Shown: positions 9,198-17,832 of the stretch, piece by piece
How the letters are laid out: every line of letters begins with the position of its first letter
Position numbering within the stretch: the stretch's first letter is position 1
From: Candidatus Omnitrophota bacterium
GTDB taxonomy: Bacteria > Omnitrophota > Gorgyraeia > VGKH01
Direction of reading: 5' to 3'
Assembly (NCBI GenBank): GCA_022703055.1
Contig: JAKLEP010000002.1
Span: forward strand, 352,480 to 416,479
DNA: 64,000 nucleotides
The notes under the pieces: generated by a model
Told to the model about the DNA's origin: nothing
Seen by the model: only the letters and a program-made list of their open reading frames with translations
The model's database searches: none
Made by a program: the position numbers and the translations under genes

Positions 9198-9655
9198 TTC
9201 TTATCTTTTTCTTTGTAGTATTTATCTATCGCCCTGCGGATATCCGATGAGGTACTTACGAAGGTCTGAATAGTACAACCAGTTATCAATTCCACGTCTT
9301 CTACCGCCTGGATATTCAAAGGGTTAGACATCGCCAAAGTCAAGCTCTTGCCCATTACATCTATCGGTATAAGACAATATTGAGCGGCTACGTTCTTAGG
9401 AACCATGTTTATAATTTGGGCATCTATTTCATAATTTGTTAAGGGCAGGTATGGAAAACCGTATTGGCAAGTCAGCGCCTGAGCAATATCCTCCTCTTTG
9501 GCAAAATTGAGTTCAACCAATACTTCACCGATAAGACCGCCCTTTTCCTTCTGGACCAAAAGGGCTTTCTCAAGCTGCTTCTGATTGATTATGCCCCTTT
9601 CAATAAGAAGCTCACCTAATTGTTTCCTGGTTATTTTATTTAAAGGCTCTGCCAT
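9194..9655 (-). CDS. Stand-alone MshEN / T2SSE_N (GSPII) domain protein, 153 aa, no ATPase domain
   Basis: Residues 12-64 read QLGELLIERGIINQKQLEKALLVQ - KEKGG - LIGEVLVELNFAKEEDIAQALTCQ. The remainder is GspE-N-like (GFPYLPL, SNPLN). Its stop overlaps the next gene's start by 4 nt. Confidence 0.8.
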   Translation of the reverse strand: MAEPLNKITRKQLGELLIERGIINQKQLEKALLVQKEKGGLIGEVLVELNFAKEEDIAQALTCQYGFPYLPLTNYEIDAQIINMVPKNVAAQYCLIPIDVMGKSLTLAMSNPLNIQAVEDVELITGCTIQTFVSTSSDIRRAIDKYYKEKDKK

Positions 9656-9656
9656 A

Positions 9657-11096
9657 TTATGACCAAATCTGATTCTTTCCCTTGGGACTGTTTTTCTTTA
9701 AGGTTTCCAAGGCCTTGGTGATTAATTCATCGGCGCTAACTCCATCAATAGGATTCTCGGTAACCGTACCGCTTAGCGTTAATCTCTTTTTATTATCCGG
9801 TTCACCCTGGAAGACCAGCTCTATCTTTTTTCTCATCTCTTCAGCAAAATTAAGGCTTTGGCGCTTATTCTTTTCCGGCAAAACGACTGCGAATTCGCTG
9901 TCGGAAAATCTGGCTGCCTTATCGATGTCACTGGTGCCTTCCCGGATTAGCGTAGCTATCTTTTTTAAAACTGACTCTTCGGCGATTTTTCCATAACGCT
10001 GCTCGTAATCGCCAAAATCATCGAGGCTTAACAGCACAAAAGAGCAGGGTCTCTGAAAGTTAATCGCCCTCTTTATTTCCTCGTCCAGACGGCTACGGAT
10101 ATATGATTCGTTAAAAAGCCCAGTCAAGACATCTCTTATTTCCAGTTTATCAATTTTCTTAAGCAGGATGTCATTTTCCACTGCGATTGAAGTCTGTTTT
10201 GCAAAAATACTCATCAGCTCCGTATCAGAAATAGAATAAGTAAAATTCTGGTTGTCATTGCCTATGCCTATAAGACCGTATGATTTATCGTGAACGACCA
10301 CAGGAACGATTAAGGCATTAACCACCATTAGATGCTTCTGCAACTCTTCGATATCTGCGTTGACTTCCTGACGGCTATCTAAAACTAATGTTTCCCTACC
10401 AGCAAGAAGCCTACCCAGAGCATTTTTCCCCATGACTACCCTGAACTGCTCCAGGCCCATGCTTTTTAGCCTCAAGCTTTTAGGGCCGTGCATGGATTTT
10501 AAAACATACTCCTTGGAGGATTCTTCAAACAAAATCAAAAAACCCAGATTAGCGTCGCCAATCTGGGTGACTTTCTCTACGATTACTTCAAGCACCTCAT
10601 TTAAATCATCACCTTGCGATATAAGATTACTTATATGAAGCAAACTAGACAAGGCAAGAACACGTTTGTTTATCTCAAGATTTATCTCTTTGGTCCTTTC
10701 GCTATAAGTCTGTAATTCGGACATATTGTCTTTAATGCGGCCAGTAAGCTCGGCCAGGGATTTGCCCAGATCGCCTATTTCGTCCTGCCTCTTGACGGAG
10801 ATTTTGTGTTCAAAATCCCCATTGGCTATTATTTTTGCGTCAGAACTTATTTTAAGTATATTATCTACCATCTCTTTGACGATGGTAAAACCCAATAGGG
10901 CAAAGATTACAGAAGAAGCTAGCAGGAAAGTAATAGAAATATTGCTTTTACTCAAGAAAAAACCCTGAAACCAACTGGGAAAGATATAATTGAAGCAAAC
11001 AAGGATAGGGATGACCGACATTAAACAAAAGGCCACTATTAACTTTGGCCTTATTCCTCTTGAACTAATGGAAAATTTATTGGTAAATTTACTCAT
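9657..11096 (-). CDS. Membrane sensor: 2 TM - HAMP - GAF - degenerate GGDEF domain (SDSEF)
   Basis: Two N-terminal hydrophobic helices are followed by a HAMP-like segment (res ~72-125) and a GAF-like region (res ~150-310). The C-terminal GGDEF fold begins RDVLTGLFNESY. Its signature is replaced by SDSEF (nt 9891-9905), and the substrate-binding block is degenerate (LDDFGDYEQRYG instead of DxDxFKxxNDxxGH). Confidence 0.8.
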   Translation of the reverse strand: MSKFTNKFSISSRGIRPKLIVAFCLMSVIPILVCFNYIFPSWFQGFFLSKSNISITFLLASSVIFALLGFTIVKEMVDNILKISSDAKIIANGDFEHKISVKRQDEIGDLGKSLAELTGRIKDNMSELQTYSERTKEINLEINKRVLALSSLLHISNLISQGDDLNEVLEVIVEKVTQIGDANLGFLILFEESSKEYVLKSMHGPKSLRLKSMGLEQFRVVMGKNALGRLLAGRETLVLDSRQEVNADIEELQKHLMVVNALIVPVVVHDKSYGLIGIGNDNQNFTYSISDTELMSIFAKQTSIAVENDILLKKIDKLEIRDVLTGLFNESYIRSRLDEEIKRAINFQRPCSFVLLSLDDFGDYEQRYGKIAEESVLKKIATLIREGTSDIDKAARFSDSEFAVVLPEKNKRQSLNFAEEMRKKIELVFQGEPDNKKRLTLSGTVTENPIDGVSADELITKALETLKKNSPKGKNQIWS

Positions 11097-11123
11097 AATT
11101 ATCTACCCCTTTCTATTCTTTTT

Positions 11124-11152
11124 AATATACTTGACAATTCACAAATTGTCAA
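11124..11152 (-). promoter_or_regulatory. Sigma70-like promoter of the pilus/c-di-GMP operon with an embedded 9-4-9 inverted repeat
   Basis: The minus strand reads TTGACA-17 nt-TATATT, with the -10 hexamer ending 27 nt upstream of the ATG at 11096. The palindrome TTGACAATT-tgtg-AATTGTCAA (11131-11152) covers the -35 box and spacer. Confidence 0.4.
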
Positions 11153-11247
11153 TTATTTTAGTGGGTTTTTAAGGCATTTCTCTATCAAGTTCGCACTAAT
11201 TTTATTATATTTTTATAATTCGGCTTAATTTAACTTATGGTTGGCGA

Positions 11248-12345
11248 TTAAAAGACTATTCTTTTCTTATTGATATTCAAAAGGATAGCAATAAAAATTA
11301 AGAAGATAAACATTGAGGAACCACCGTAGCTAATTAAAGGCAGGCATAGGCCAACAACCGGGCATATTCCAATGGTCATTGAAATATTGATTACTATCTG
11401 CGAAACCAGCAAAGCTATAAAGCCGCTGGATAAATATTTCGCGAATTTATCTTTGGATTGAAAAGCGATCAAAAGCAAATAATATATTAACGCAGCATAA
11501 AGCAACAAGAGCAGCATCGCACCCAGAAACCCCCATTCTTCTCCAATAACGGAAAATATGAAATCCGTATGCCGCTCAGGAAGGAAATTTAGCTGATTCT
11601 GCGTTCCAGCCAACCAGCCCTTGCCTAAGAATCCTCCCGAGCCAACAGCGATCTTTGATTGAATGACAGTATATCCGGCTCCCAAAGGATCAACATTGGG
11701 ATTAAGAAAAACCATCAGCCTGTCTTTCTGATAAGGCTTCAAAAAATGCCAACCTACAGGTACGCTTAATATCATCAAGATAAAAAGCGACAAAATATAT
11801 TTTATCTTGGCCCCGCCTACAATAAGCATTGCGAAGAAAACCGGGATAAATAAAAGAGCGGTTCCTAAATCGGGCTGCAAAAATATAAGTCCGACTGGCA
11901 CCAAGGTTATGAGTATAGGAATTAACAATTCCTGAACAAAGCTTGTACCTGAGAAATAATTCCTTGCATAACTCTGTCTTTGACTAAAAATTCTAGCCAA
12001 GACTAAAACAATCCCTAATTTGGCGATTTCGGAAGGCTGAAAATTCAACCCAAACAGCTCAACCCAGCGACGGGCTCCCAATATTTCCCGCCCTGTTAAC
12101 AAAACTATAAGTAAAAATACAATACTAAGCCCATAGATAAAAAAAGCGAGATCGAAAAATCTTCTGTAATTAATATTACTTACAAGAAACAAAACAAAGA
12201 TACCTATCCCGGCCCAAGTTAATTGATCCAGGAATACATCCCTGAATAATTGCCCCCTCTGATAAGTTACGCTGTATAACACTGAAAGACCAAAGGCTAA
12301 TATCAAAATTACCAGACCAATAATTATCTTATTATAATTATTCAT
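11248..12345 (-). CDS. rodA: Peptidoglycan glycosyltransferase RodA (FtsW/RodA/SpoVE family)
   Basis: Polytopic membrane protein with QPSEIAKLGIVL and the C-terminal LPLISYGGSS motif. It follows mrdA in the mre operon. Confidence 0.9.
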   Translation of the reverse strand: MNNYNKIIIGLVILILAFGLSVLYSVTYQRGQLFRDVFLDQLTWAGIGIFVLFLVSNINYRRFFDLAFFIYGLSIVFLLIVLLTGREILGARRWVELFGLNFQPSEIAKLGIVLVLARIFSQRQSYARNYFSGTSFVQELLIPILITLVPVGLIFLQPDLGTALLFIPVFFAMLIVGGAKIKYILSLFILMILSVPVGWHFLKPYQKDRLMVFLNPNVDPLGAGYTVIQSKIAVGSGGFLGKGWLAGTQNQLNFLPERHTDFIFSVIGEEWGFLGAMLLLLLYAALIYYLLLIAFQSKDKFAKYLSSGFIALLVSQIVINISMTIGICPVVGLCLPLISYGGSSMFIFLIFIAILLNINKKRIVF

Positions 12346-12347
12346 TA

Positions 12348-14057
12348 TTAGTTCAACATGCCTTCCGACGACATAAACTCAAGCAGTTCTTGCGCCACAG
12401 CTACAGCGCTGTGGCTTGATCCGCCGTACTCTAAAAATACGCAAAAAGCAACCTTGGGCTTATCTGCGGGACAAAAACCCACAAACCAAGCATGTGTTTT
12501 CCCGTTAGATGCCTGAGCCGTCCCGGTTTTTCCGGCTGCTTTCAAAGTATCCAAACCTGATAAATGCGCGGTACCGGAATCCGCCTCCACAACTTTTCTT
12601 AAGGAAATTTTTACAAACTCCAAGTTAGACTGCTTAAAAGGTAATTTGCCAGGCGTCTTATCCTTGTGAGCTTTTTCGTTGGCTACGTACTCTACTATGT
12701 GAGGGGTCGGGACAAATCCTCCATTTGCAACCGAGGCAACAAGTCTCGTTGCCTGCAGTGGCGTAACTAGGATTTCTCCTTGGCCGATGGCGAAATTTGC
12801 CGTATCACCCTTGTACCAATCCTGCTTACGTTTCAATTTTCTTAGCATCCTATCGGGGATATTGCCTTTATCCTCCCCGGGCAAATCTATTTGAGTCTTT
12901 GAGCCCAAGCCGAATTCTTTTGCATATCTTGTCAGCATGTCTGGACCGACTAACAAACCGAGGCTATAAAAATAGACATCGCAAGAATGAATAATTGCTT
13001 GCATAAAATTTTGCAAACCGTGAGTCTCCCAACAGGCAAAACTCCTATTGCCAACCCGTAGGCTACCATTGCAGACAAAACTGGTATTTGGCGTTGCCTT
13101 TTTAGTTTCTAAAGCAGCTATAGCGGTTACGATTTTAAAAACTGAACCGGGAGCAAACGAACTGCTGATTGCCCGGTTAATCATAGGAGAACGATAATCG
13201 TTCAGGATTCTTTTTATCTCCGCATTTGAGTTATCGACCGTAAACAAATTAGGATCAAAACTTGGGGAGCTGACCATACCAAGTATCTCGCCGGTGTAAG
13301 GCTGCATGGCAACTATCGCTCCTCTTTTATCGGCTAATAATTCGGCGGCTTTTTTCTGGATCCTGGAATCAACGGTCAATACTATATCTTTGCCTTTTAC
13401 CGTCGGACGTATCCCCAAGACCCTTTTCTGGCGACCTCTGTTATCCACCTCTATCTGAATACCGCCGCTTTCTCCTCTTAAATTTATGTCACAATACTCT
13501 TCCACCCCGCCATAACCGATAATATCCTGGATTTCATAACCGTAATTCTTTAATTTAGTAATCCGGGAACGGTCAATTAATCCCACATAGCCTAAAATAT
13601 TTGCTCCCGCCTCCCGATCGGGGTAATAACGCTTGGGCTGTATCTGGACTAAAACTCCAGGCAAATCGAATTTCTCCTGTTCGGCCAGAAGGGCCTCTCT
13701 TTTCGTCGCATTCTCCCGGATGATTATTGGAGAAAAAGGCGAGAGATACCCTAATTTAATCTTTTTCTTTATTTTATCGATATTGATGTTTAATATTTCG
13801 CTTAAACGCCTAAGATTCTTGTCTCTAAAATCTTGAGGAATAACGACAATGTCAAAAGTTAATTTACTATCGGCTAAAACTTTGCCGTTTCTATCAAATA
13901 TTCTTCCGCGCATAGCATCCCATTCGATTATGCGTATGTGATTTCTTTCGGCTAATTCGTAATAATACCCTCCCCTGATCAGCTGGATATATACTAGACC
14001 AAAGAAAATCACCAGAAAAGAAAAAACCAGAATTAAACTGAATATCTTAAATCGCAT
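12348..14057 (-). CDS. mrdA: Penicillin-binding protein 2 (elongasome transpeptidase)
   Basis: Has an N-terminal anchor and a PBP dimerisation region. Transpeptidase motifs are SVFK (SxxK), SCD and KTGTA. It sits in mreBCD-mrdA-rodA synteny. Confidence 0.9.
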   Translation of the reverse strand: MRFKIFSLILVFSFLVIFFGLVYIQLIRGGYYYELAERNHIRIIEWDAMRGRIFDRNGKVLADSKLTFDIVVIPQDFRDKNLRRLSEILNINIDKIKKKIKLGYLSPFSPIIIRENATKREALLAEQEKFDLPGVLVQIQPKRYYPDREAGANILGYVGLIDRSRITKLKNYGYEIQDIIGYGGVEEYCDINLRGESGGIQIEVDNRGRQKRVLGIRPTVKGKDIVLTVDSRIQKKAAELLADKRGAIVAMQPYTGEILGMVSSPSFDPNLFTVDNSNAEIKRILNDYRSPMINRAISSSFAPGSVFKIVTAIAALETKKATPNTSFVCNGSLRVGNRSFACWETHGLQNFMQAIIHSCDVYFYSLGLLVGPDMLTRYAKEFGLGSKTQIDLPGEDKGNIPDRMLRKLKRKQDWYKGDTANFAIGQGEILVTPLQATRLVASVANGGFVPTPHIVEYVANEKAHKDKTPGKLPFKQSNLEFVKISLRKVVEADSGTAHLSGLDTLKAAGKTGTAQASNGKTHAWFVGFCPADKPKVAFCVFLEYGGSSHSAVAVAQELLEFMSSEGMLN

Positions 14058-14533
14058 TTTTTAAGTATAGTGTAGATAAGCGGGGACACCAAGGTAGTAT
14101 AAAAAGCTTCCGGTATCATAATGAAGAATAAAGATTTTACAAAAGTTAATTCTACGGCAATCATTTTTATATTAAGAAAATAAAAAATCAATGAATTCAA
14201 GAGGCTGATTAAAAAAACCAAGGCAAGCTGGAGGAATTTTTCGAATTCATCCTGATAGACCGATGATTTGATTTTATCGATCGCGAGGCTGCAGATCATA
14301 AAAGAAACTGCATTGGTTCCGAACCTTGCGAAACTAAGAATATCTTTTATCAAACCCAAAAGTCCAGAAAATAAAATTGCATTTTTTCTTTTTAGATGCA
14401 GATTAAAATAGACGACAAAAATAATAAAAAAATCCGGGCGGATTCCAAATAAACTTAAGAACCTGGGATAATTTAATTCCAAGAAAACTGCTACAAAAAT
14501 TATTGCCGCCAAAATAAAATATTTCTTGAGCAT
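14033..14533 (-). CDS. mreD: Rod shape-determining protein MreD
   Basis: Small polytopic membrane protein located directly between mreC and mrdA. The call rests on position and hydrophobic profile. Confidence 0.7.
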   Translation of the reverse strand: MLKKYFILAAIIFVAVFLELNYPRFLSLFGIRPDFFIIFVVYFNLHLKRKNAILFSGLLGLIKDILSFARFGTNAVSFMICSLAIDKIKSSVYQDEFEKFLQLALVFLISLLNSLIFYFLNIKMIAVELTFVKSLFFIMIPEAFYTTLVSPLIYTILKKCDLRYSV

Positions 14534-14535
14534 AT

Positions 14536-15318
14536 TTAATTTAATATAACCAGAACCTCTTCTAGCCTAGATAAATTTGTTGCGGGTTTTATAGAGCAAT
14601 TTTTCATAAGGCCCGTAGAGTCTAAATCAACATCTATTACTCGCCCAATAAGCAAGCCTTTGGGAAAAACGTCTCCTAGGCCGGAAGTTACTACAATATC
14701 GTTATCTTTTACATCGGTATCTAACGATAGAAAGTACATTTTACAACTTCCGCCTATACTACCCGATACAATGCCCTCGTCCCGGCTATCCTGGATTAGG
14801 GCAGCCGCCTTAAAATTCGGATCATTAATTAAAAGGACTCTGCTGCTATCCTTGCTTACCTCGATAATTTTTCCTACTAAACTGACATCACTTATCACCG
14901 GCATTCCGTTTTCCAAGCCGTCTCTTTTGCCTTTATTAATAATTAAAATTGAAAGCCAGTTGGAAGGATCACGCCCGATTACCTGGGCGGCTTTAGTAGA
15001 AAAAGTGGTTTTACTCTTAAAAGACAATAACCTATTTAATCTTTCATTTTCCCTGAAGACTTCTTCGTATGCAGAAAGTTGCTGGTGCAAAGGAGCTATC
15101 TCTTTGTTCAAAAATAGATTTTCCCGATAAAGTTTGCGGTAGGAAACAATCAGCTTTATTTCATTAAAAATACTATGGGTAAGTTTTAGAGGCAACAGAA
15201 ATACATCGGCTAAACCTTTTTTGAGACTTAATATTGCGGCGGGCTGCAAGAAAAAAAGGATAATGATAAGGATGGAAACAACAGAAGGAACTAAGAATTT
15301 TTTCTTAAATCTTATCAC
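14536..15318 (-). CDS. mreC: Rod shape-determining protein MreC
   Basis: Has an N-terminal anchor, a coiled-coil segment, and a conserved C-terminal VVTSGLGDVFPKGLLIGRV. Confidence 0.85.
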   Translation of the reverse strand: MIRFKKKFLVPSVVSILIIILFFLQPAAILSLKKGLADVFLLPLKLTHSIFNEIKLIVSYRKLYRENLFLNKEIAPLHQQLSAYEEVFRENERLNRLLSFKSKTTFSTKAAQVIGRDPSNWLSILIINKGKRDGLENGMPVISDVSLVGKIIEVSKDSSRVLLINDPNFKAAALIQDSRDEGIVSGSIGGSCKMYFLSLDTDVKDNDIVVTSGLGDVFPKGLLIGRVIDVDLDSTGLMKNCSIKPATNLSRLEEVLVILN

Positions 15319-15343
15319 ATTTATTTAAAGTAAGAATGGTTAG

Positions 15344-16408
15344 CTATTCTATTTTTTTGGTGACGGTGACTTTTTTCAAATATTTAATTTCGTCCAAAAC
15401 TTTTCCCGTCCCCAAAGCAACCGCAGTTAGCGGATCTTCGGCAATATGCACCGGTAAACCAGTTTCTTCAGAAATTAATTTATCTAGACCGCGAAGCAGA
15501 GAACCTCCTCCGGCCAAAACTATGCCACGCTCAATTAAATCAGCCGATAACTCAGGAGGGGTTCTTTCTAGAGTAATTTTCGCAGCATCAAGTATCGCTC
15601 TTATCGGTTCCTGCAAAGCCTCCCTTACTTCCGAAGATGAAATTACAACCATTTTAGGCAAACCAGAAACCAGATCTCTTCCTTTTACTTCCATGGTCAG
15701 TTCTTCATCCAACGGATACGCAGAACCAACCCTTATCTTGATTTCTTCGGATGTTCTTTCCCCGATCATTAAATTATAAGTTTTCTTTATATGTTCGATG
15801 ATTGCAACATCCATTTCATCGCCTGCAATATTAATTGATTTAGAAAATACGATTCCTGCTAAAGAAATAACCGCCATTTCTGTGGTTCCGCCACCGATAT
15901 CAACAATCATATTGCCTGCAGGTTCAACTATGGGTAAGCCCGTTCCGATTGCTGCAGCCATTGGTTCTTCAATCAGAAAAACTGCTCTCGCTCCTGCTCT
16001 TTCCGCGGAATCTCTTACTGCTCTTTTTTCAACTTCGGTAATTCCTGAAGGTATAGCGATGACAATTCTCGGCCTCACTAAAACTTTACGCCTATGCACC
16101 TTCTTTATAAAATAGCGAAGCATCGCTTCAGTGATTTCAAAATCAGCAATGGCCCCGTCTTTCATCGGTCTGATGGCAACAATGTTACCGGGGGTACGTC
16201 CGAGCATGCGCTTCGCCTCTTCACCAACGGCCAAAACGTTTGTGGTATCCTTTTGGATTGCGACAACCGAAGGTTCGCATAAAACTACCCCCTCGCCCTT
16301 GACATAAACAAGGGTGGTCGCAGTACCCAGGTCAATACCCATGTCATTGGAAAAAAGACCAAGAATAAAGTCAAAAGTCTTCTTCAAATAATCAATGAAT
16401 TTGCCCAT
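15344..16408 (-). CDS. mreB: Rod shape-determining actin homologue MreB
   Basis: Contains [15 protein letters not shown] and DIGGGTTE motifs. I moved the start to MGKFIDYL (16408) because AGGAG lies 6 nt upstream. The track ORF extends to 16435. Confidence 0.95.
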   Translation of the reverse strand: MGKFIDYLKKTFDFILGLFSNDMGIDLGTATTLVYVKGEGVVLCEPSVVAIQKDTTNVLAVGEEAKRMLGRTPGNIVAIRPMKDGAIADFEITEAMLRYFIKKVHRRKVLVRPRIVIAIPSGITEVEKRAVRDSAERAGARAVFLIEEPMAAAIGTGLPIVEPAGNMIVDIGGGTTEMAVISLAGIVFSKSINIAGDEMDVAIIEHIKKTYNLMIGERTSEEIKIRVGSAYPLDEELTMEVKGRDLVSGLPKMVVISSSEVREALQEPIRAILDAAKITLERTPPELSADLIERGIVLAGGGSLLRGLDKLISEETGLPVHIAEDPLTAVALGTGKVLDEIKYLKKVTVTKKIE

Positions 16409-16545
16409 TTTATCTCCTTTGGTTGGTTTCATCATAATATATCAAAACTTATTGTCTGTCAAATAGTTTTTGCTCTGTAAAAATGCCCTCTATAGGGCTT
16501 AATTTGTTGCTTAAGTTGAACTTTGGAGTAATTTACCAATCTGGG

Positions 16546-17832
16546 CTAGGCAACCCTAAGGTTAGCTCCCAGCTTTTTTAGGTCTTGCAGGAAACCTGGG
16601 TAGGATTTACTTATGCATTGTATATCCCGGATAGCTAGGGATGTTTTCAGGCCTAATATAGCAAACGCCATAGCCAACCTATGGTCTTTATGGGGGTCAA
16701 GCATGCAGCCACTTCTTATGCTCTTAATCGGAAGAATTGTCATTTCATCTTGGGATTCTTGGACTTTTGCACCTAATTTAATCAGTTCTTTTGCGAAATC
16801 ACTTATCCTATCCGACTCTTTAGCATGTAAATGGCCGATTCCATAGAAGCGACTTGGCTTGTTACCAAATAATGCCAATATGCCCAAGACCGGAACCAAA
16901 TCCGGGCAGTCAGAACAATCAAAATCTCCGCCTTTAATTCGTTGAGGGCCTTTTATTCTGACAGCTTGATTAGAGATATTTAGCTTAATGCCCATCCTCT
17001 TTAATAATACAACGATCTTTTTGTCTGCTTGGACAAGATTATCCTTTGCTATCTCTAAGATTACATCTGATTTAATCAAGCTGGCTGCAGCCATCAAAAA
17101 GCCGCTCAAACCATAATCAACCGGAACTTTAAAAGTCTTTAATCCGCCGTATCTTTGTCGACCTTTTATTTCATAAGTACGTATATTTCTTTTTTTAATT
17201 TTTATCCCTGCAAGCTTAAGAACTGATACGGTCATATCAATATACGGCGCGGAGACTAAATAATCGCCAACTACTTCGATTACTGAATTGCCATTTAATA
17301 GTGGGGCAGTGATCAATAGAGACGAAATGAATTGAGAGCTTAATGTCCCGTCAATTTTAATTCTTCCCGGCTTAAGCCCTCCTCTATTAATAAAAATCGG
17401 GACAGTTTCTGTCTTACCGCTTCCTTTTATTTGTGCAGACATTTTCCTCAAGACAGAAATCAAAGGCTTGTTGGGCCTTGATCTTAATGTCCCCTCGGCG
17501 TTGATGATCATTTTTCCTGAGGAAAGTGCCGCCAATGAAATCAAGAAGCGTAAAGTTGTTCCGGATTCTTTAGTATTTAAGACTTTAGGAAAATTAATTT
17601 TTCCTTTGACGCCTTCGACCTGCCAAATATTATTTCTTATTTTCTTTATACTGGCGCCCAGATTCTTGCAGCAACTAATTGCCGCTTTTACATCATCGCT
17701 TAAAGAAGGATTAGCTATCAGGGATTTTGTTCCTAAGGATGCGACGATAAAGGCTCTTATGCTGTAAGATTTTGATGGCGGGGGTATCATCTTCCCTCTT
17801 AAGCAGGAGGAGGGCCAAACAAAAAGCTTCAT
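16546..17832 (-). CDS. aroA: 3-phosphoshikimate 1-carboxyvinyltransferase (EPSP synthase)
   Basis: 428 aa with KSYSIRAF near the N-terminus and HAKESDRI, plus overall EPSPS-like repeats. Confidence 0.9.
   Translation of the reverse strand: MKLFVWPSSCLRGKMIPPPSKSYSIRAFIVASLGTKSLIANPSLSDDVKAAISCCKNLGASIKKIRNNIWQVEGVKGKINFPKVLNTKESGTTLRFLISLAALSSGKMIINAEGTLRSRPNKPLISVLRKMSAQIKGSGKTETVPIFINRGGLKPGRIKIDGTLSSQFISSLLITAPLLNGNSVIEVVGDYLVSAPYIDMTVSVLKLAGIKIKKRNIRTYEIKGRQRYGGLKTFKVPVDYGLSGFLMAAASLIKSDVILEIAKDNLVQADKKIVVLLKRMGIKLNISNQAVRIKGPQRIKGGDFDCSDCPDLVPVLGILALFGNKPSRFYGIGHLHAKESDRISDFAKELIKLGAKVQESQDEMTILPIKSIRSGCMLDPHKDHRLAMAFAILGLKTSLAIRDIQCISKSYPGFLQDLKKLGANLRVA

Noticed and set aside
16409-16435. 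Upstream Met codons extending mreB (also DUF1846 at 42932-42973 and the secreted protein at 45668-45697)
   Set aside because: The extensions contain the Shine-Dalgarno sequence of the internal start, or lie upstream of the predicted TSS. Conserved N-termini begin at the internal Met.
16546-17832. aroA separated from the tyrA-aroF-hisC-pheA block as an anomaly
   Set aside because: This is a simple synteny variation among aromatic biosynthesis genes, with no sequence evidence of rearrangement scars.
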